DNA from: Chromera velia
Taxonomy: Eukaryota
Length of the DNA stretch: 45,949 nucleotides
Direction of reading: 5' to 3'
Assembly: GCA_018398765.1 (NCBI GenBank)
Contig: JAHBMJ010000528.1
Coordinates: forward strand, 1 to 45,949
The notes under the pieces were generated by a model, which made no database searches, had not been told where the DNA came from, and saw only the letters and a list, made by a program, of their open reading frames with translations. Both the position numbers and the translations under genes were made by a program. Of this stretch, positions 11,037-24,786 are shown piece by piece; position 1 is the stretch's first letter; each line of letters opens with the position of its first letter.

Positions 11037-14000
11037 TTGTCTCGGATCGAGCAACAGAAAACAAGCAGTCGTCAACAGCCCCCCCCCTTCCTTCCTTCCT
11101 TCCTTTCTTTCTCTCCTGCTGTCGGCATGCACATACGATTGCAGGCGAGCAGAGAGAGAGAGCACCAAGCCGCCACGGTGCCTGGAGAGAAAACAAGGAA
11201 GGACAGGGAGGGAGTATGCAGAAGATCGATCAATCGAGACGCAGCCACACAGCCAACCAGTCAAACGAAGAGGCAGTCACATGCAGAGGGAGGCCGACGC
11301 AAAACTTCCTGAATTCCTTTCGGAGAGCGATGGAGGAGGCGCCCTCCCTCCCTCCCTCCCTACTCTTGTTTGCATGCCCTCCACCTCCTGAGGAGGGGGA
11401 CGAGAAAGCATAGGTCCAAGCCAAAGAGAGCCCTTGCAATCTTTTTTCTCTTTCTCTCTGCATATCTGCAAGCCCCCATTGATTGATTGATTGATTGATT
11501 GATTGAGTCTGTCTGCCTGCCTGCCTGCCTGCCTGCGGACTGGCAAGAAAGAACTGCAGTCAGTGGGTTGGTTGCCAACCTCTCCCTCCGTCTCCGTCAG
11601 ATCGGGAAATGGAATTCTTCCCTCCGTGTGTCTCTGTCTCTCTCTCTTTTCGCCTACGGTGGTGCCTCCGTCGCTCCAGAGAAGCAGCTAGGACGAGCTG
11701 CTGAGACGTCAGGAGAACTCAGAAGAGAGAAAGAAGAAAGTGAAGATGCACAACCCACACAGACATGCAGGGAGAAAAGAAAGGAAGCTTTCCCTCCCGT
11801 CGTCTCTCTGCGCTTCTCTCTCTACCCCCTCATTGTTCTGCCTACCTGCAAGCGTGGCACCCGCAACTCGAGGCAAACAGCTGAAGTCGGGCGCGCACTC
11901 TCTGTCGCTCTCTCTACTTACCTCTCTCTCTTCTCCCGGACCGACCGGCAGGTGAACAAAGCCGCTTGATTGGACTGACTCCCGATGAGAGAGAAAGAGA
12001 GAGACAAAAATAGAAAGGCGAGATGGAACCACTGCATGGCGGTAGTGGGCCAGACAGACAGACAGAGACAAAGGACGATCGATCTCCTGAGTGACATGAT
12101 TCAGGCAGGCGGACAGACGAGCGACCTACATGCCCCTGATGCACAGAGAGAGCATGCAGGATGGAAAACTCGCATCCATCGGTCCCTTTTTGTCTCTCTG
12201 TCTCTTCTGTCTGTGTGCATGTATGTCCATTCAGGAATGAATGAGCATGCAGCCAGGCAGGCAGGCAAGCAGGCAAACATAAAGGCAGCAGCAGAATCCG
12301 ACGTACCGACAGGTTGGCTGTGTCTCCTTTGTATTCTTAATTCGCTTTCTTTCTCACCCATTCATTTATTCATTCATTCATTCATTGATCTGGCATTCAT
12401 TAAAACCCAATATTGACAAGCAGACTCGCCTCCTTGTTCTTTCTGTTTTCTTCCCAACCGTAGTGCCTGCCGTCAAAGGGGGAAGAAACGCAAGGAGGTG
12501 CAAACAAACAAACAAACAAACAAACCAACAGAAAGAGAGACAAAAAGCAGTCAGACAAGACAATTGGATTCGCGGGTCGGTCGGTCGGTCGGTGCTGAGA
12601 CAGACGATAGATAAATCGGGGCAGTCGGTCAATAGTGATCTATGCAGGTCTAAGTTTTTCGGTCGGTGTACACAAACAAGACAGACAGCCAGACTTCCTT
12701 AAGCAGTCGATCGGTCGGTCTGTTGCCTGTGCTTTCCCGCCCCGCTGTCTCTCTCTCCCTTGCTCGCTTTTCGTATGCCCTCCTCCCCCCTGTGAGAAAG
12801 TCGGGTGAGTAAGCGAGTGAGAGAGCAGGTGAGGGCGGTTTCGTTTCCTCCATTCCTCCTTCCGATCCCTCTCCTCATTTTCGCTTCCTTGCATGGTCTC
12901 TCTTTCTCTCTGTTGTTCCCCCCTCTGTGTCGCCCTTCACGGACGGACAGAAGAGGCAAGGAAGAGGAAGAGAGGCATGCCATGCGTCTAGACACCCAGC
13001 CAGCCGAAGACTCTCTCAGGCCGTCAATCAGTCAGTCACACAGACAGTGAGTGAGTGAGCACAGGCGGAGCCTGAGAGACTTCCGACTAGGTGAGCAAGT
13101 GGGTAAGTGGGTCGATCAACTGACCGAATGACTGATTGGCGAAAGAAAGAAATGACCTCAAAGAAAGATCATCCATCCTCGACCTCTCAGCCACGCAATC
13201 CGAATCAATCCAGGGCGTCGATCGGGCGCTTTGTCGATCTTCCCCTTCCTTCCTTCTTTCCTTTCAGAGTTGATCGATGAACAGCCGGTCGGTCAATGGG
13301 CTGAAATGTACAGTCAACAAATGAGGAGTCGATTGGTTGATCGATTGACCAATCCATCTATCAACTCCACAATCAATACAACGGAATTAACGAATAAATC
13401 AGATCTTTCTCTTCTCCTCCCTTCGTGCCACCCCTCTCCTCTCCTCTCCTCTCTGCAGAGCTCAACCGTCGGAAGATCCTACCATCCTCCGACATGAACA
13501 ATGCAAAAGACGTTGGCACATTCATCGCCATCCCTCCCTCAATCCATCAACACTTTTTGAGAGAGAGACAAAGAGAAACTGCTTCCTCCTCTCCTCTCCT
13601 CTTCCATCCTCTGCTGGTTGATTTCTTTTTTTATCTTCTTTCTTTATGATGCTCACGAGGAGACACACCATTCGCGAAGTCGGCAGAGAGGTATGCAGAC
13701 AGAGAAACCGCTGAGCGAGTGCGCGCCTTGCTTTGAAGAGGAAGGAAGCGCTGCGGACAGAGAGGAAAAAAAGAAGCACGGTTGTTTCGTTGGCATGCAG
13801 AGGGAGAAAGCAGATTGTGCCCCTCACTCTTCTGTCCTGTGCAGCCTACAGATTCTTCTTCTCACTGCGCTATTTCTCTCTGTCTTAGCCTCCATCTGCC
13901 TTTGCTGTCCTTTCCCTTGGCAGAGAGAGAGACTTCCTTGGAGGGTGAGACCTTCAACAAGCAAGTCCCTTGGAGGGTGGGAGGGACAGTGAGAGAGAGT

Positions 14001-14924
14001 GGGAAAGGGGGGAGTGTGGTAGAAAGAAATGGATCGTGTCAGACAGTGTGTGTACACCCTCCCTTTCTCTCCCTTGCGAGCTCTTCTGTCCTCTCCTGAA
14101 TTCCTTTCTCTCTCTCTCTCTCTCTGCCCGTTCCCGTTTCACACCCTCATGCCTTCCTCATGCCAAGATCAGAAGGAGAGAGAGTAAGACAGGGAGCGAA
14201 GCCCACCACCAGAGAGGAACGATCGAGACCTTTGAACAGAACAGCAGTAGAGGCGAGGAGAGGAGTGCGATCGATCCCTACTAGCTGCATGCTGTCTGTG
14301 TCTCGGTTCCCTGGACAGTCAACTCTCTCTGCTCTTTTGGCAGGCACATTTTCCTTCCTTCTTTCCTTCTCCTCTCATCTTTCTAGAACCCAGCCAGGTT
14401 CTTTCACTTAATTGTCGGAATAAAAAAAACAAAAGTACCCTTGCGTGTTCGTATCATCCGCCCAGAGATCCGTTTGGAAGCCCACGGGACGTTTTTCTTT
14501 TTCCACAACTGGTCCGCTCCTCGCTTCCTTAGGGGAGTATCTATCCATTTGTGCAAGTCTTTCTTGTTTGTTTGTTTTCAATTCAAATCCCCCCAAAATT
14601 GCAAATTTCCTTCCTTCCTTCCCTCACGAGTCCCTCCCTCCCTCCCTCCCTCTCCCCCGGCCTCCAACGACTCTACATCAGAAGAATGAAGGAAGGAGTG
14701 AACTGGATGAAGTCCAGGAACAAACACAGAGAGAGAAAGGGACAAAAGGGTCATCAAGAACGGGTGGAGCAAACACAAGAGAGATTGTTGGAACGGAAAC
14801 AAAAAGAGATCCAGTGAAAAAAAGAGAAGAAAGTGCAGGCAGCAGAAGAATGGAGATAGATACAGAGGGAGGAAAGGGTTGCTGTATCGGGAAAAAAGCC
14901 TTAGGTACACGCCCCCCCCCCCCC

Positions 14925-14978
14925 NNNNNNNNNNNNNNNNNNNNNNNNNNNNNNNNNNNNNNNNNNNNNNNNNNNNNN
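14925..14978. other. Assembly gap (N run) flanked by poly-C
   Basis: N run. Other gaps at 19519-19705, 36836-36856 and 28178 are also flanked by C/G homopolymers. Confidence 0.99.
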
Positions 14979-15749
14979 CCCCCTCCTCTCTCTCTCTCTC
15001 AAGAGCACGGGAGTCCTCTGTCTCTGTCTTCTCGTTTTTACAACAGGCTGGCTGGTTGTCAGAATGAATGCTTAAATTACTTCCCCTTGCTCAACCTGCA
15101 TCATGTCTTTGCGCTCCTCTTCTGCTCTTCCTTCTTTTCTTTTTCCTTGCACCTCTCTCTCGTCTTTTCGACCCGGCCGTTCCCCCGTTCCCCTTTTTTC
15201 TCTTGTTCTTTCTATCTTTCTTTCTTTGTTTGTCACTCAAAGGATGTTTCCCTTTTCTTCGCTTCCCAGTCTTTTTCTGTGGTCCTCAGTCGCCCTTTTC
15301 TGCAGAGATTTATTTCGCGTGCTTGCGCAGCTCTTCAGTGTACCACGAATGAGGAGAGGGACGAATTCTTCATCTGACGTTCCGCCCACTCCCCTTCTCT
15401 CTCTTCCTGTCTGTCTCTGCTTCTCTCTCTTTGTTTTTCTCTCTCGGCTTTCCTTGATCCGTTTGTTCGAGTGAGTGTGTATGCCTGAAAGAAAGAAAGA
15501 GCTGTCAAGAGAGAAGAAAAAGCAGGACAGACAGACTCAATCAAGTAGGAGGGAAGGAAAATAAATTCCCTCCCTTCTTCATTCCAACACCGTTGATTGT
15601 GCCCTCTCACTTGTTTGCAGTCACGCATTCATGCATGGAGACAGAGAGAAGAAAGAAAAGCTGGAGCAAGAAAAAAGACTTCCCTTTCAGCCATCCGTCA
15701 GGCAGAAAAGGGGAAAAGAAGACAGCGGCGGACAAAAGAAACACGGATT

Positions 15750-15786
<37 letters not shown>

Positions 15787-15812
15787 GTGTGTGTGTGTGT
15801 GTGTGTGTGTGG

Positions 15813-15847
<35 letters not shown>

Positions 15848-17161
15848 TGTCCGTCAGTCAGTCAATAATGCAACGAACAACGCGACCCTCTTTCAGGGCT
15901 CGCCTGCGCGACGACTCCTCCTTTCTTGGCTCCCTTCCTTTGCTTCCGCGTGACACAGACAGAAGGACACAGACAGACAAGCAAAGAGACCCGATGTGTC
16001 TGTTGCAAGGGACGACGAAGCGTTTGCTCTCTTCATCTGTCCCCGTCCTTCTGTTGCTCTCTCTCTCTCTCTCTCTCAAAGGTCTCCTTGTTGCTCTCGC
16101 TCTGTCTGCCTGTGTGCACACCGGCTGTATATCTGTCCCCCAATCCCCCTTTTCCCCTTCCCTTGACCCCACAGCCTCTGCTCACCAGGCATCGTTTCGG
16201 ACCACCAAAGAGGAAGGAAGGAAGATCAAGAGAAAGGAAGAACGTTACCCTTTCGCATCGCATCGCAAGTGGAAGAGAACAGCTGAAAAGAGAAGGGAAG
16301 AGAAGAGAAGACACCAGATTGAAGACGGGGCTAGATGGATTAGAACGCGCACGCACATACACACAGAGACAGACAGATCGACTAGAAGCAGATAGAAAGA
16401 CGGATAAAGAGAGAAAAAGAGAGAAGAGGCTGCTGCAACACACATTCTGCCCCCCCTTCGCCTAATCCCATTTCCTTTAATCCTTCGTTCGATTTGGTCT
16501 CCGAAATTCCCCCTCCCACCCACCCCCCCTGCCCCCGGCACTGGTCAATCTGGTAAACCAAACCAACCACACAGGTCGTCACTCAGATAGACGAAGAAAC
16601 ACAGAGTCAGTCAGGCTGCATGGAGGGACAGAGAGGGTGTTGTACTTCTTCGAGCAGAGAAGCAAGAAGAAGTCTCTCTGACCCGCCTGCCCTCTCCGTG
16701 CTCTGCTCTCCATGCTCCTCTGACGCCTTCCTTTTGTCCATCCATCCCTTTCCCTTTCCTTCTCCTAGCGGCCAAACAAAAACGAGCAGCAACGGCTTCG
16801 AAGCCCGATTCTCGGTCGTTCCTCTCGAAGCTCTGGCTGAAAGCTTTATTCTTCTCTTACACTTGCTTGCTCTGATTTGCCCTCACCGCTCCGCCTGGAC
16901 GTCTACCTACAAGACAGAGACGCAAAGCGAGAGCGAGAGATAATGGGGGAGGGACAAGCGGAGGGATGGAAGGCGTCTCTTCACCTCACTTTTCTTCCAC
17001 CGGTGTTGCCAGTCCGCTACTTTCCTCTGGCCTCTTCTTTGATTTGCCTTCTCTTTTCGATTCATTCGTCTTGTCCGTCCTCTCCTTTTCTCTCTCCGTC
17101 GTTTTGACTCACACTCTCCGCCAGCACGCCTTCTCTCTCCCTCTCGACTCAATTCACCAAG

Positions 17162-17199
<38 letters not shown>

Positions 17200-20100
17200 A
17201 TTGACGGAATCTTTCCCTCTCCTTTCTATTCTACTACCGGTTTTGAACAGTGAGGGAAGGGCGGGCCGACGACATGCAGGAATTCGTGGGGCGATCGACG
17301 GACAGCGAGCAAGAAAGCAAGGCTAGCCAAGGAAGGAGAAAAGAAGAAAGGCGACAGTTCTAGAGGGAGGGAGGGAAAAGGAGACGAAAGAGAGGGAGAG
17401 GGCACAGCAGTACCAGAAATCCTCTCATCCCTTTCGTCTACTGTTCTTTTCCTTTTCCCGGTCATTCGCATTCCTCCTTTCTTTTGTCCTTCCTTCCTTC
17501 CTCCCTTCTTTTCCTTTCCTCCTTTACACATCCAGGCCCAGCCCGACAGAGCAAGAAGGCCACTCCATTCCATTCCATCCATTTACTTATTATTTGCTTC
17601 TGCATGTGTGTCTTTCTTTGTTAGGGCATCAGGTGAAAGAAAAGAGGACAAGCGATGAGCGAGGACACTCACAGACAGACAGAGAGACGGGGGAGGAGCG
17701 ATTCCTCCTCTGTCTCCCCTCTTTGCCCATGCTGCTCTCTCTTTCTCTCTCTGTCCTTCGTTTCATTCCACAGCAGGGAGGAAAGGGAGGACCCTCCTCA
17801 CCGACGCACGCAGAAGACAGATCCCCCCCTCTGTTGTTGTTGTTGTTGTGCCCCCCTCTCTCTCTCCCCGTCTCTCTGTGCATCACTGGAGTCTGCCTGC
17901 CTTCTTTCCACTGCCAGAAAGAAAGAAACAAACAGCCATGCTTCCTTCCTTCCTTCCACCCGGGTACAGAGAGACGCGCCACAGATAGACAGACAGCGGG
18001 GCAGAGCAGCGTAGTAGGGAGAATGGCAGTGGGAGTCCGTTCAGCGTTTCTTCCCTCCTCCTTTCCTGACTTCCAGAAGAGCCCATCTCTTTTTGTCCAC
18101 TGCAGCTTCTTTTGTTCCGTCCTATCTTGTGCTTTCTCTCTCAACCAGGCTCGGAGAACGTCCCCGAGAGAAGCTGTTCACATTCAGCTCCAAAAGAGAA
18201 GAGCCAGGCATGCAGAGAGATAGACAGACAGACAAGCATTGAAAGGACAGTCACGGATGAGTGGAAGTGAGCGGGCAGGAAGTCAAAGGGACGCGAAGGG
18301 AAGAGAAAAATGTCCCTTCATCAGTTAGATCCAGTTAGGTTCAGTCAGTCGATTTGCCCCCCCTCTTTCTCTAGGAAGAGAAGTGAGTGAGGGGCATTTG
18401 TTAGGGTTCCGTTTACTTCTTCGCCTCACTCGCCCTCCTTGTGATGAAGGAGGGAGGAGGCGATTGTTTGGACGTTCATTCGTTCGTTCGTTCGAGAAAG
18501 TTCTCACGCACCGACATGACATTCGACCTGGTCGATCCTCTTCGACTGCTTTCATTCTCTCTTTCTTTTTTCTTTCCATTCGTTTATTCAAGCTATACAT
18601 CTGCTCCATTCATTTCATTGTTGCTCTTTGTTTGCATGAAGAGAGAGTATGCATTATTCAATTCTGATGGACCGAGGTGTAATATTTCTCGATCGGTCGC
18701 ATCAGGCACTCGAGGGAAAAAAGGGGGGGGGAGAGGGAGGAAGGAAAAGGGAAAGAAGAATCACAAAGCCGTACATTCATTGTACTGCCTGTCTGTCCAT
18801 TCATTTAAATTCGTTCATTCCCTAAGTCCGGCTACGCATCTGCGGGTTTTGTGTTCCAGTCTGCCTCCCTTCCCATCCCCCCACAGTGCTCATGGAAGAG
18901 AAGACAAAAAAGGAAACCGTCTGCTCCCTTTCTAAAGAAAGGAAGAGAGAACAGCCAGGAAGAGAGACAGGAAATCTACCAGACTGCATTGTCTCGTTCC
19001 ATCGTTCAAGTCAGAATAGAGACCAAGGGAAGAGAAGAGGCAAATACCATTCGAATAAAGAGACGAATCAGCAGACAGGAGGACTTGAAGGGCGAAGGTC
19101 TAGAGAAGGCGACGAGAGGAATTCTGTTTGAAGCAAGGCAGAATTAGTCAAAGAAGATAAAGGAAGGAAGGAAGGAAGGAAGGAAGGATGCATCAAGACA
19201 AATGAAGGAGGATGCACTCATCACCCCTTCCCCCCCCCCTTTCCCGGCCCATCGAGACAGCCAACAGAAAAGAAAGAGAACAGAAAAGAAAAGGGGAGGA
19301 CAGGAAACGTTCGACGAAGGCAACCAAGAAAGAAGATTCCAGGAAGCCAGACAGACAGACAGACGACAGGACCCGCCCGCCCTCCCAGAGGGACGCAAGC
19401 GCTTACAGACAGAGGAGTGGCTACAGACAGACAGGGAGACAGCAGAAAGGTCAACAGGTGACCCAGCCGAAGACAAACAAGGCAAGCAGAGCAGGTGTAC
19501 CACAGAGGCAACCCCCCCNNNNNNNNNNNNNNNNNNNNNNNNNNNNNNNNNNNNNNNNNNNNNNNNNNNNNNNNNNNNNNNNNNNNNNNNNNNNNNNNNN
19601 NNNNNNNNNNNNNNNNNNNNNNNNNNNNNNNNNNNNNNNNNNNNNNNNNNNNNNNNNNNNNNNNNNNNNNNNNNNNNNNNNNNNNNNNNNNNNNNNNNNN
19701 NNNNNCCCCACCCTTTCCCGTTGAGGCAAAGAAAAAGCAAGAGAGATTCATCCATCGACTTGTCTGGAGAGAGAGACAGAGAGAGAGTTGTCATGCAGGC
19801 ACATACAATGCAGGCAAATCCAGACACACACACAAACAGATTGGCGGACATCACGACGTGCCACTTGCTTCTCCCGTTAAGTCGCCATCAAATGTGCAAA
19901 TCAGCAAGTGAGTGAATGGTCGTGCCGAGTCAATGAATGAATGAATGGGCGTGTGAGTGCATGAAAGCAATTCGAAGCACCGGCAAGGCAGGAGCCAGGA
20001 AAGGAAAGAGGGCCAAAAGCCCCAAAAAGGCAGACAGACAGACACACAGACAGAAAGGCCAATCTAACGGTCTGACACACAGACGGACGGACAAAAAGCC

Positions 20101-20559
20101 CCAACAAACAACCTCGGCCATGCAGCCACGAGGCCGAGCGAGCGACTGTCCATTCATGACCAGAAAAGAAAAGAAGAAAAAGTCAGAAGAGAGAAGATCA
20201 TCTCTCTCTTAAGAAGGTGAAACAGGACAACGTCGAACAATCAAACGGCCATATTGATTTTTGGATGTCAATCTCTTTACTTTTTTCTTTTTCTTCTCTC
20301 ACGAAGTCTACCAAGGTCCCTTTCGACTTTTCAGAAAGGCAGGTGAACAGATACACAGATAGACAGACAAAGAAAGATAGAGGCAGCTGAAAGAAAATAA
20401 ACGAAAGACCGTCTGCCTATCCTCCTGCTTGAGCTGCCTCTTTCTTCTCCCTTTCTTTCAAAGAGGCTGACTACCATGCAGACAACACCACACAGCACAA
20501 ACAGACACACACACACACCTCTCTCTCTCTCCCTTTCTCTCTCGTCTTTTTGTTCTCTC

Positions 20560-23077
20560 TCACGCCTCAGGCCCCTTCAAGACCTGCACTGTCCGGACCG
20601 GGTCGTTCTCCCCCCCGGCAGCAGCTGGCTTCTTCACAACATACATCGCCTTTGCCGGGCCCGAACCCTTCCCCCCCCCTCCCTGCCTATTGGGGCCTCC
20701 CTTGTCGGCCTGCTCCTGCTGCGCCTTTCCTCCCTTCTCCTTCGGTCCTGCGGCATCTGCTGGCTGGCTCTCGTTGGCCGCCTTGTCCCCTCTGTCCTTT
20801 CCTCCTCTCCTCCTTCCTCCCCTCTTCTCCCTCTCTCTCTCTCCGCCCTCCTCCTTCTCAGCAGGACCCTCCGCTGCCTTCTCCTTCTCCTTTTCCTTGT
20901 CTTTTGGCTCGTATCTCTGCCCCCCTCTCCTCCTGCTGCCTCCCTTCTCCTTCTCCCCAGAGGTGCCCCCCAGAGCATTCGCAGAGTTGTTGGGGCCGCT
21001 GCCGTTCCTGCCGTCCTCATGGGAGCGCCCATCTGCGGGAGGGAGGGAGAGGGGGGGAGAGGGAGGGGAGAATCAAGACAGATCGTCAAATGATGAGAAC
21101 TGCGGAACAGGAACACACGTACAGCACGAGACCAGACGAGACGGATGCTCTGAAAGCTCCACTTGATTTTTCGATGCAAAGAAAGAAAAGGGGACGGAGC
21201 AACATCAGGACTGCCCGAAGGAAGAGAAGAAGGAATGAAAAGGAAACCGTGAGGGAGGGAGGGAGGCAGCCGGATGGATGGATGGATGGATGGAGAAGGC
21301 GACGGGGCAGAACGGGAAGGGAAAGGAAGCAGAAAAGGGCAACAAAGAGGAACGGGAAAAACGGAAAAGAAAAGGACTCCCTCCTCGATCTTTCTTTCTT
21401 TTTTGCAGCCAACGAACGTCATACAGAGGAGAGGAGCCTGAACCTTCTCACTCGCGCGAGCAGGGAAGGCACATTCAAACAAAAAGAAACAGACAGCTAG
21501 GGAGAGGAGGCATTCAAACAACAAAAAACAGACAGCTAGGGAGAGGAGACATTCAAACAAAAAGAAACAGACAGCTAGGGAGAGGAGACATTCAAACAAA
21601 AAAAAACAGACAGCTAGGGAGACGAGAAATTCAAACAAAAAGAAACAGACAGCTAGGGAGAGGAGGCATTCAAACAAAAAGAAACAGACAGCTAGGGAGA
21701 GGAGACATTCAAACAAAAAGAAACAGACAGCTAGGGAGAGGAGACATTCAAACAAAAAAAAACAGACAGCTAGGGAGACGAGACATTCAAACAAAAAGAA
21801 ACAGACAGCTAGGGAGAGGAGGCATTCAAACAAAAAGAAACAGACAGCTAGGGAGAGGAGGCATTCAAACAAAAAAAAACAGACAGCTAGGGAGACGAGA
21901 CATTCAAACAAAAAGAAACAGACAGCTAGGGAGACGAGACATTCAAACAAAAAGAAACAGACAGCTAGGGAGAGGAGACATTCAAACAAAAAAAAACAGA
22001 CAGCTAGGGAGACGAGACATTCAAACAAAAAGAAACAGACAGCTAGGGAGAGGAGGCATTCAAACAAAAAAAAACAGACAGCTAGGGAGAGGAGACATTC
22101 AAACAAAAAGAAACAGACAGCTAGGGAGAGGAGACATTCAAACAAAAAAAAACAGACAGCTAGGGAGACGAGACATTCAAACAAAAAGAAACAGACAGCT
22201 AGGGAGAGGAGACGAGAATGTCCGCCGACTCACCCCCATTGCGAACGTCATTCCCTCCTCCATAGTGACCGTTGCGCATGTCGAAAGACTGGTCCTTCGC
22301 ATCCTCCCCCCTCTCTCTCTCGGGGGGCATCCCGGCCTCTCTCTGTTGAGCCTGTTGCTGTCTCTCTTTTTCTCTCCGGCCCCCGCGCTTCCTCTCTCTT
22401 TCCCTCTCGCCTCCATTCCCCCTCTCATCCCCCTCACGCACACGGGTCTGCAGGGCGTTCAAATCGTTACCTCCACCCTCCGCGGCGTTGCGACTTCCAG
22501 GACGACCCTCAGCATGAGCGCCACTCGCCTCCTCGCGGGGGGGCGCACGGTTGTCTTCTCCTGCCCCTCCTCTCCCACCCCCGCGGCCGCCCCTCCGACC
22601 ACGACCGCCCCCTGTGGCCCCCACGCCGCCGTCGTGGCCTAGGGGAGGGAAGTTAGCAGAATCAGTAACGGGGCCCTGACCCTCCTCTGGCCGGGGAAAA
22701 CCCCCGCCACCTCTTCTGCCGGCGGCGCCTCGAGGCTCTGGGGCCATTCGCACGTCCTCGCGCTGTCCAGGGCCGTCTCTCCCCCTCGGTCCCGCGCCAG
22801 GGCCCATGTCACGATCGGGGCCGGCACCCCTTCTGGGTCCATCAGCCCGGGGCCCGGGACCTCTGAAGTCGTTGCCGCGATCTCGCTGCTGCCCCCGGAA
22901 AGCGTTGCCGCCTCCCTCCACAGGGCCAAACGGATCTTGGTCCTCCGGGATGGGGCGGCCTCTGGGGCCAGGGGGGCCGTCGCCTCTCTGGCCTCTGATG
23001 CCTCCCCGCCCCCTCTCCCTCTCCTCACGCTCCTTCTCCTGACGAGCCCTTGCAGGCCCGCGGGTGCGCATGTCAAT

Positions 23078-23117
<40 letters not shown>

Positions 23118-24199
23118 TTTCACACACACACACACACACACATTTTCACACACACACACACACACACAGAGACATACAAACACACACACACATACGCCTA
23201 CACATACACACAAAGCAGGTAGACGGGCGTGAGGTAGAAACAAACACCCACACACCAAGAAGGCGCACACACGAAATCGGTACGGAGGGGAAAGGACAAA
23301 TGCGGTGGAAATTCATTCTTTTCACCTTTCCAGTCAATCACGCTCTCCTTGAACCGACGACTGACTGAGTCAGACGTCTCTCAGCCTGTCTTCCCGGCTG
23401 GCTTTCAGCAATTTTTTCCAATGATTCCGATATGAAGAGACAAACGTTTGCGCACTAAAAGCTGATCGTCTTCCATGTGAGCCCATCATGCCTGCCTGCC
23501 GACTGCAGGACTCTTTGACTGACCTCCTGGATGTTTCTCTTGATCTCTTCGTCCTCTCTCTGGAACTTCTCTCTTGTCTGCACTCATCTCGCGAAGAAGG
23601 ATGGGAAAGGGAGAAAAAAGAGAATCAAAAGCGAAGCCAGAAAACAACAACTAAGCAGCATAGGAAAGAAAGGGAGAAAGAAAACGCTGAGAAGACAGAC
23701 TTTCATTCAGCCGATCCAAAACCAAAACGGCTACTGGACGTGAAGAGACGCACCTACACACGCATACATAGCATAGAAGTGCCCTCGCGAATAGAGAGAG
23801 GGAGAACAACAGACAGACAGACTTGGCAGAAACACAGAAATACCGACCGACCGCAAAGTACTCCTTCTGGACAGACAGAAGCTCCATCGCGTCCATCACG
23901 TGAAGACGGAGACCCACGAGCGTCAGCGCATTGTTGCGCTTCTCTGACATGCTGCAGAGAGAATCAGACAGCCACGGGGGGACAGACACAAAAAAAAAGA
24001 TCGCTCAGATACAGACAGAGAGAATCTCTTCTTCCCTCTTTCCTCCACGAAGGCTGAAGGAAGGCTGTGTCGCCCCTTGTCGCTGTCCGGAGGGAGCACT
24101 GACGACTGAGCTGATAATATCAAGAGAAAGCATGGAGGAACAAAAGAAACGTTGCAACATGCACAGAGAGAGAGGAGGAACGGAAGAGAGAAGCACACA

Positions 24200-24230
<31 letters not shown>

Positions 24231-24744
24231 GGAGAGGAACTGACTGTGCCCTAATCAGTCTGGTCTTCTGACAGATCTCATCGATACTCCTGCCTCTGTC
24301 CCCCAAAAGGTACTGTTTCATTTCAGGCTCAAAGATGAAGTCCTGCAACGAAATGAAGGACCGACAAAAAGAAAAGAAAAACAAATCAATGAATGAATGA
24401 TGCAACAAGAGATGAAAGAAAGACACGAACGATAGATCAACAAGAAGAAAAGATAGATGTCTTCTCTACACGCACATTCGCAGGTTCCTCCCTCAAGCTG
24501 TTTACATCTATCTGAGTGGAGGGACGAATTTTGAATCAAGGGCGACCGACAAAAGGAACGAAGGAAGGAAGGGAGAACGAAGAAGCGACACATCATGTGC
24601 CTGCATGCCTGCCTGTCTCTCCCCTCTCCTCCCTCACTCACTGACCTCCTCCGCATACTCGAGCTCTTCACGGGCGCTCTGAACAGCCTCCCGGGTCTGC
24701 CCGAAAATGCGAACCTGCACGCCCACGCACACCCACACGCACGT

Positions 24745-24786
<42 letters not shown>

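Noticed and set aside
19512..19709. Functional poly-C/G tracts at the gaps
   Set aside because: All N runs abut C/G homopolymers, consistent with sequencing dropout. Their true length and content are unknown.
10439..20350. Numerous 60-310-aa ORFs on both strands
   Set aside because: These are translations of microsatellites ([16 protein letters not shown]) with no domain motifs or consistent exon chain. Several cross N gaps.
21472..22212. CRISPR array or repeat protein (454-aa and 516-aa ORFs)
   Set aside because: Units are contiguous with no unique spacers, there are no cas genes, and the array lies in an intron. The ORFs arise from the 39-nt period.
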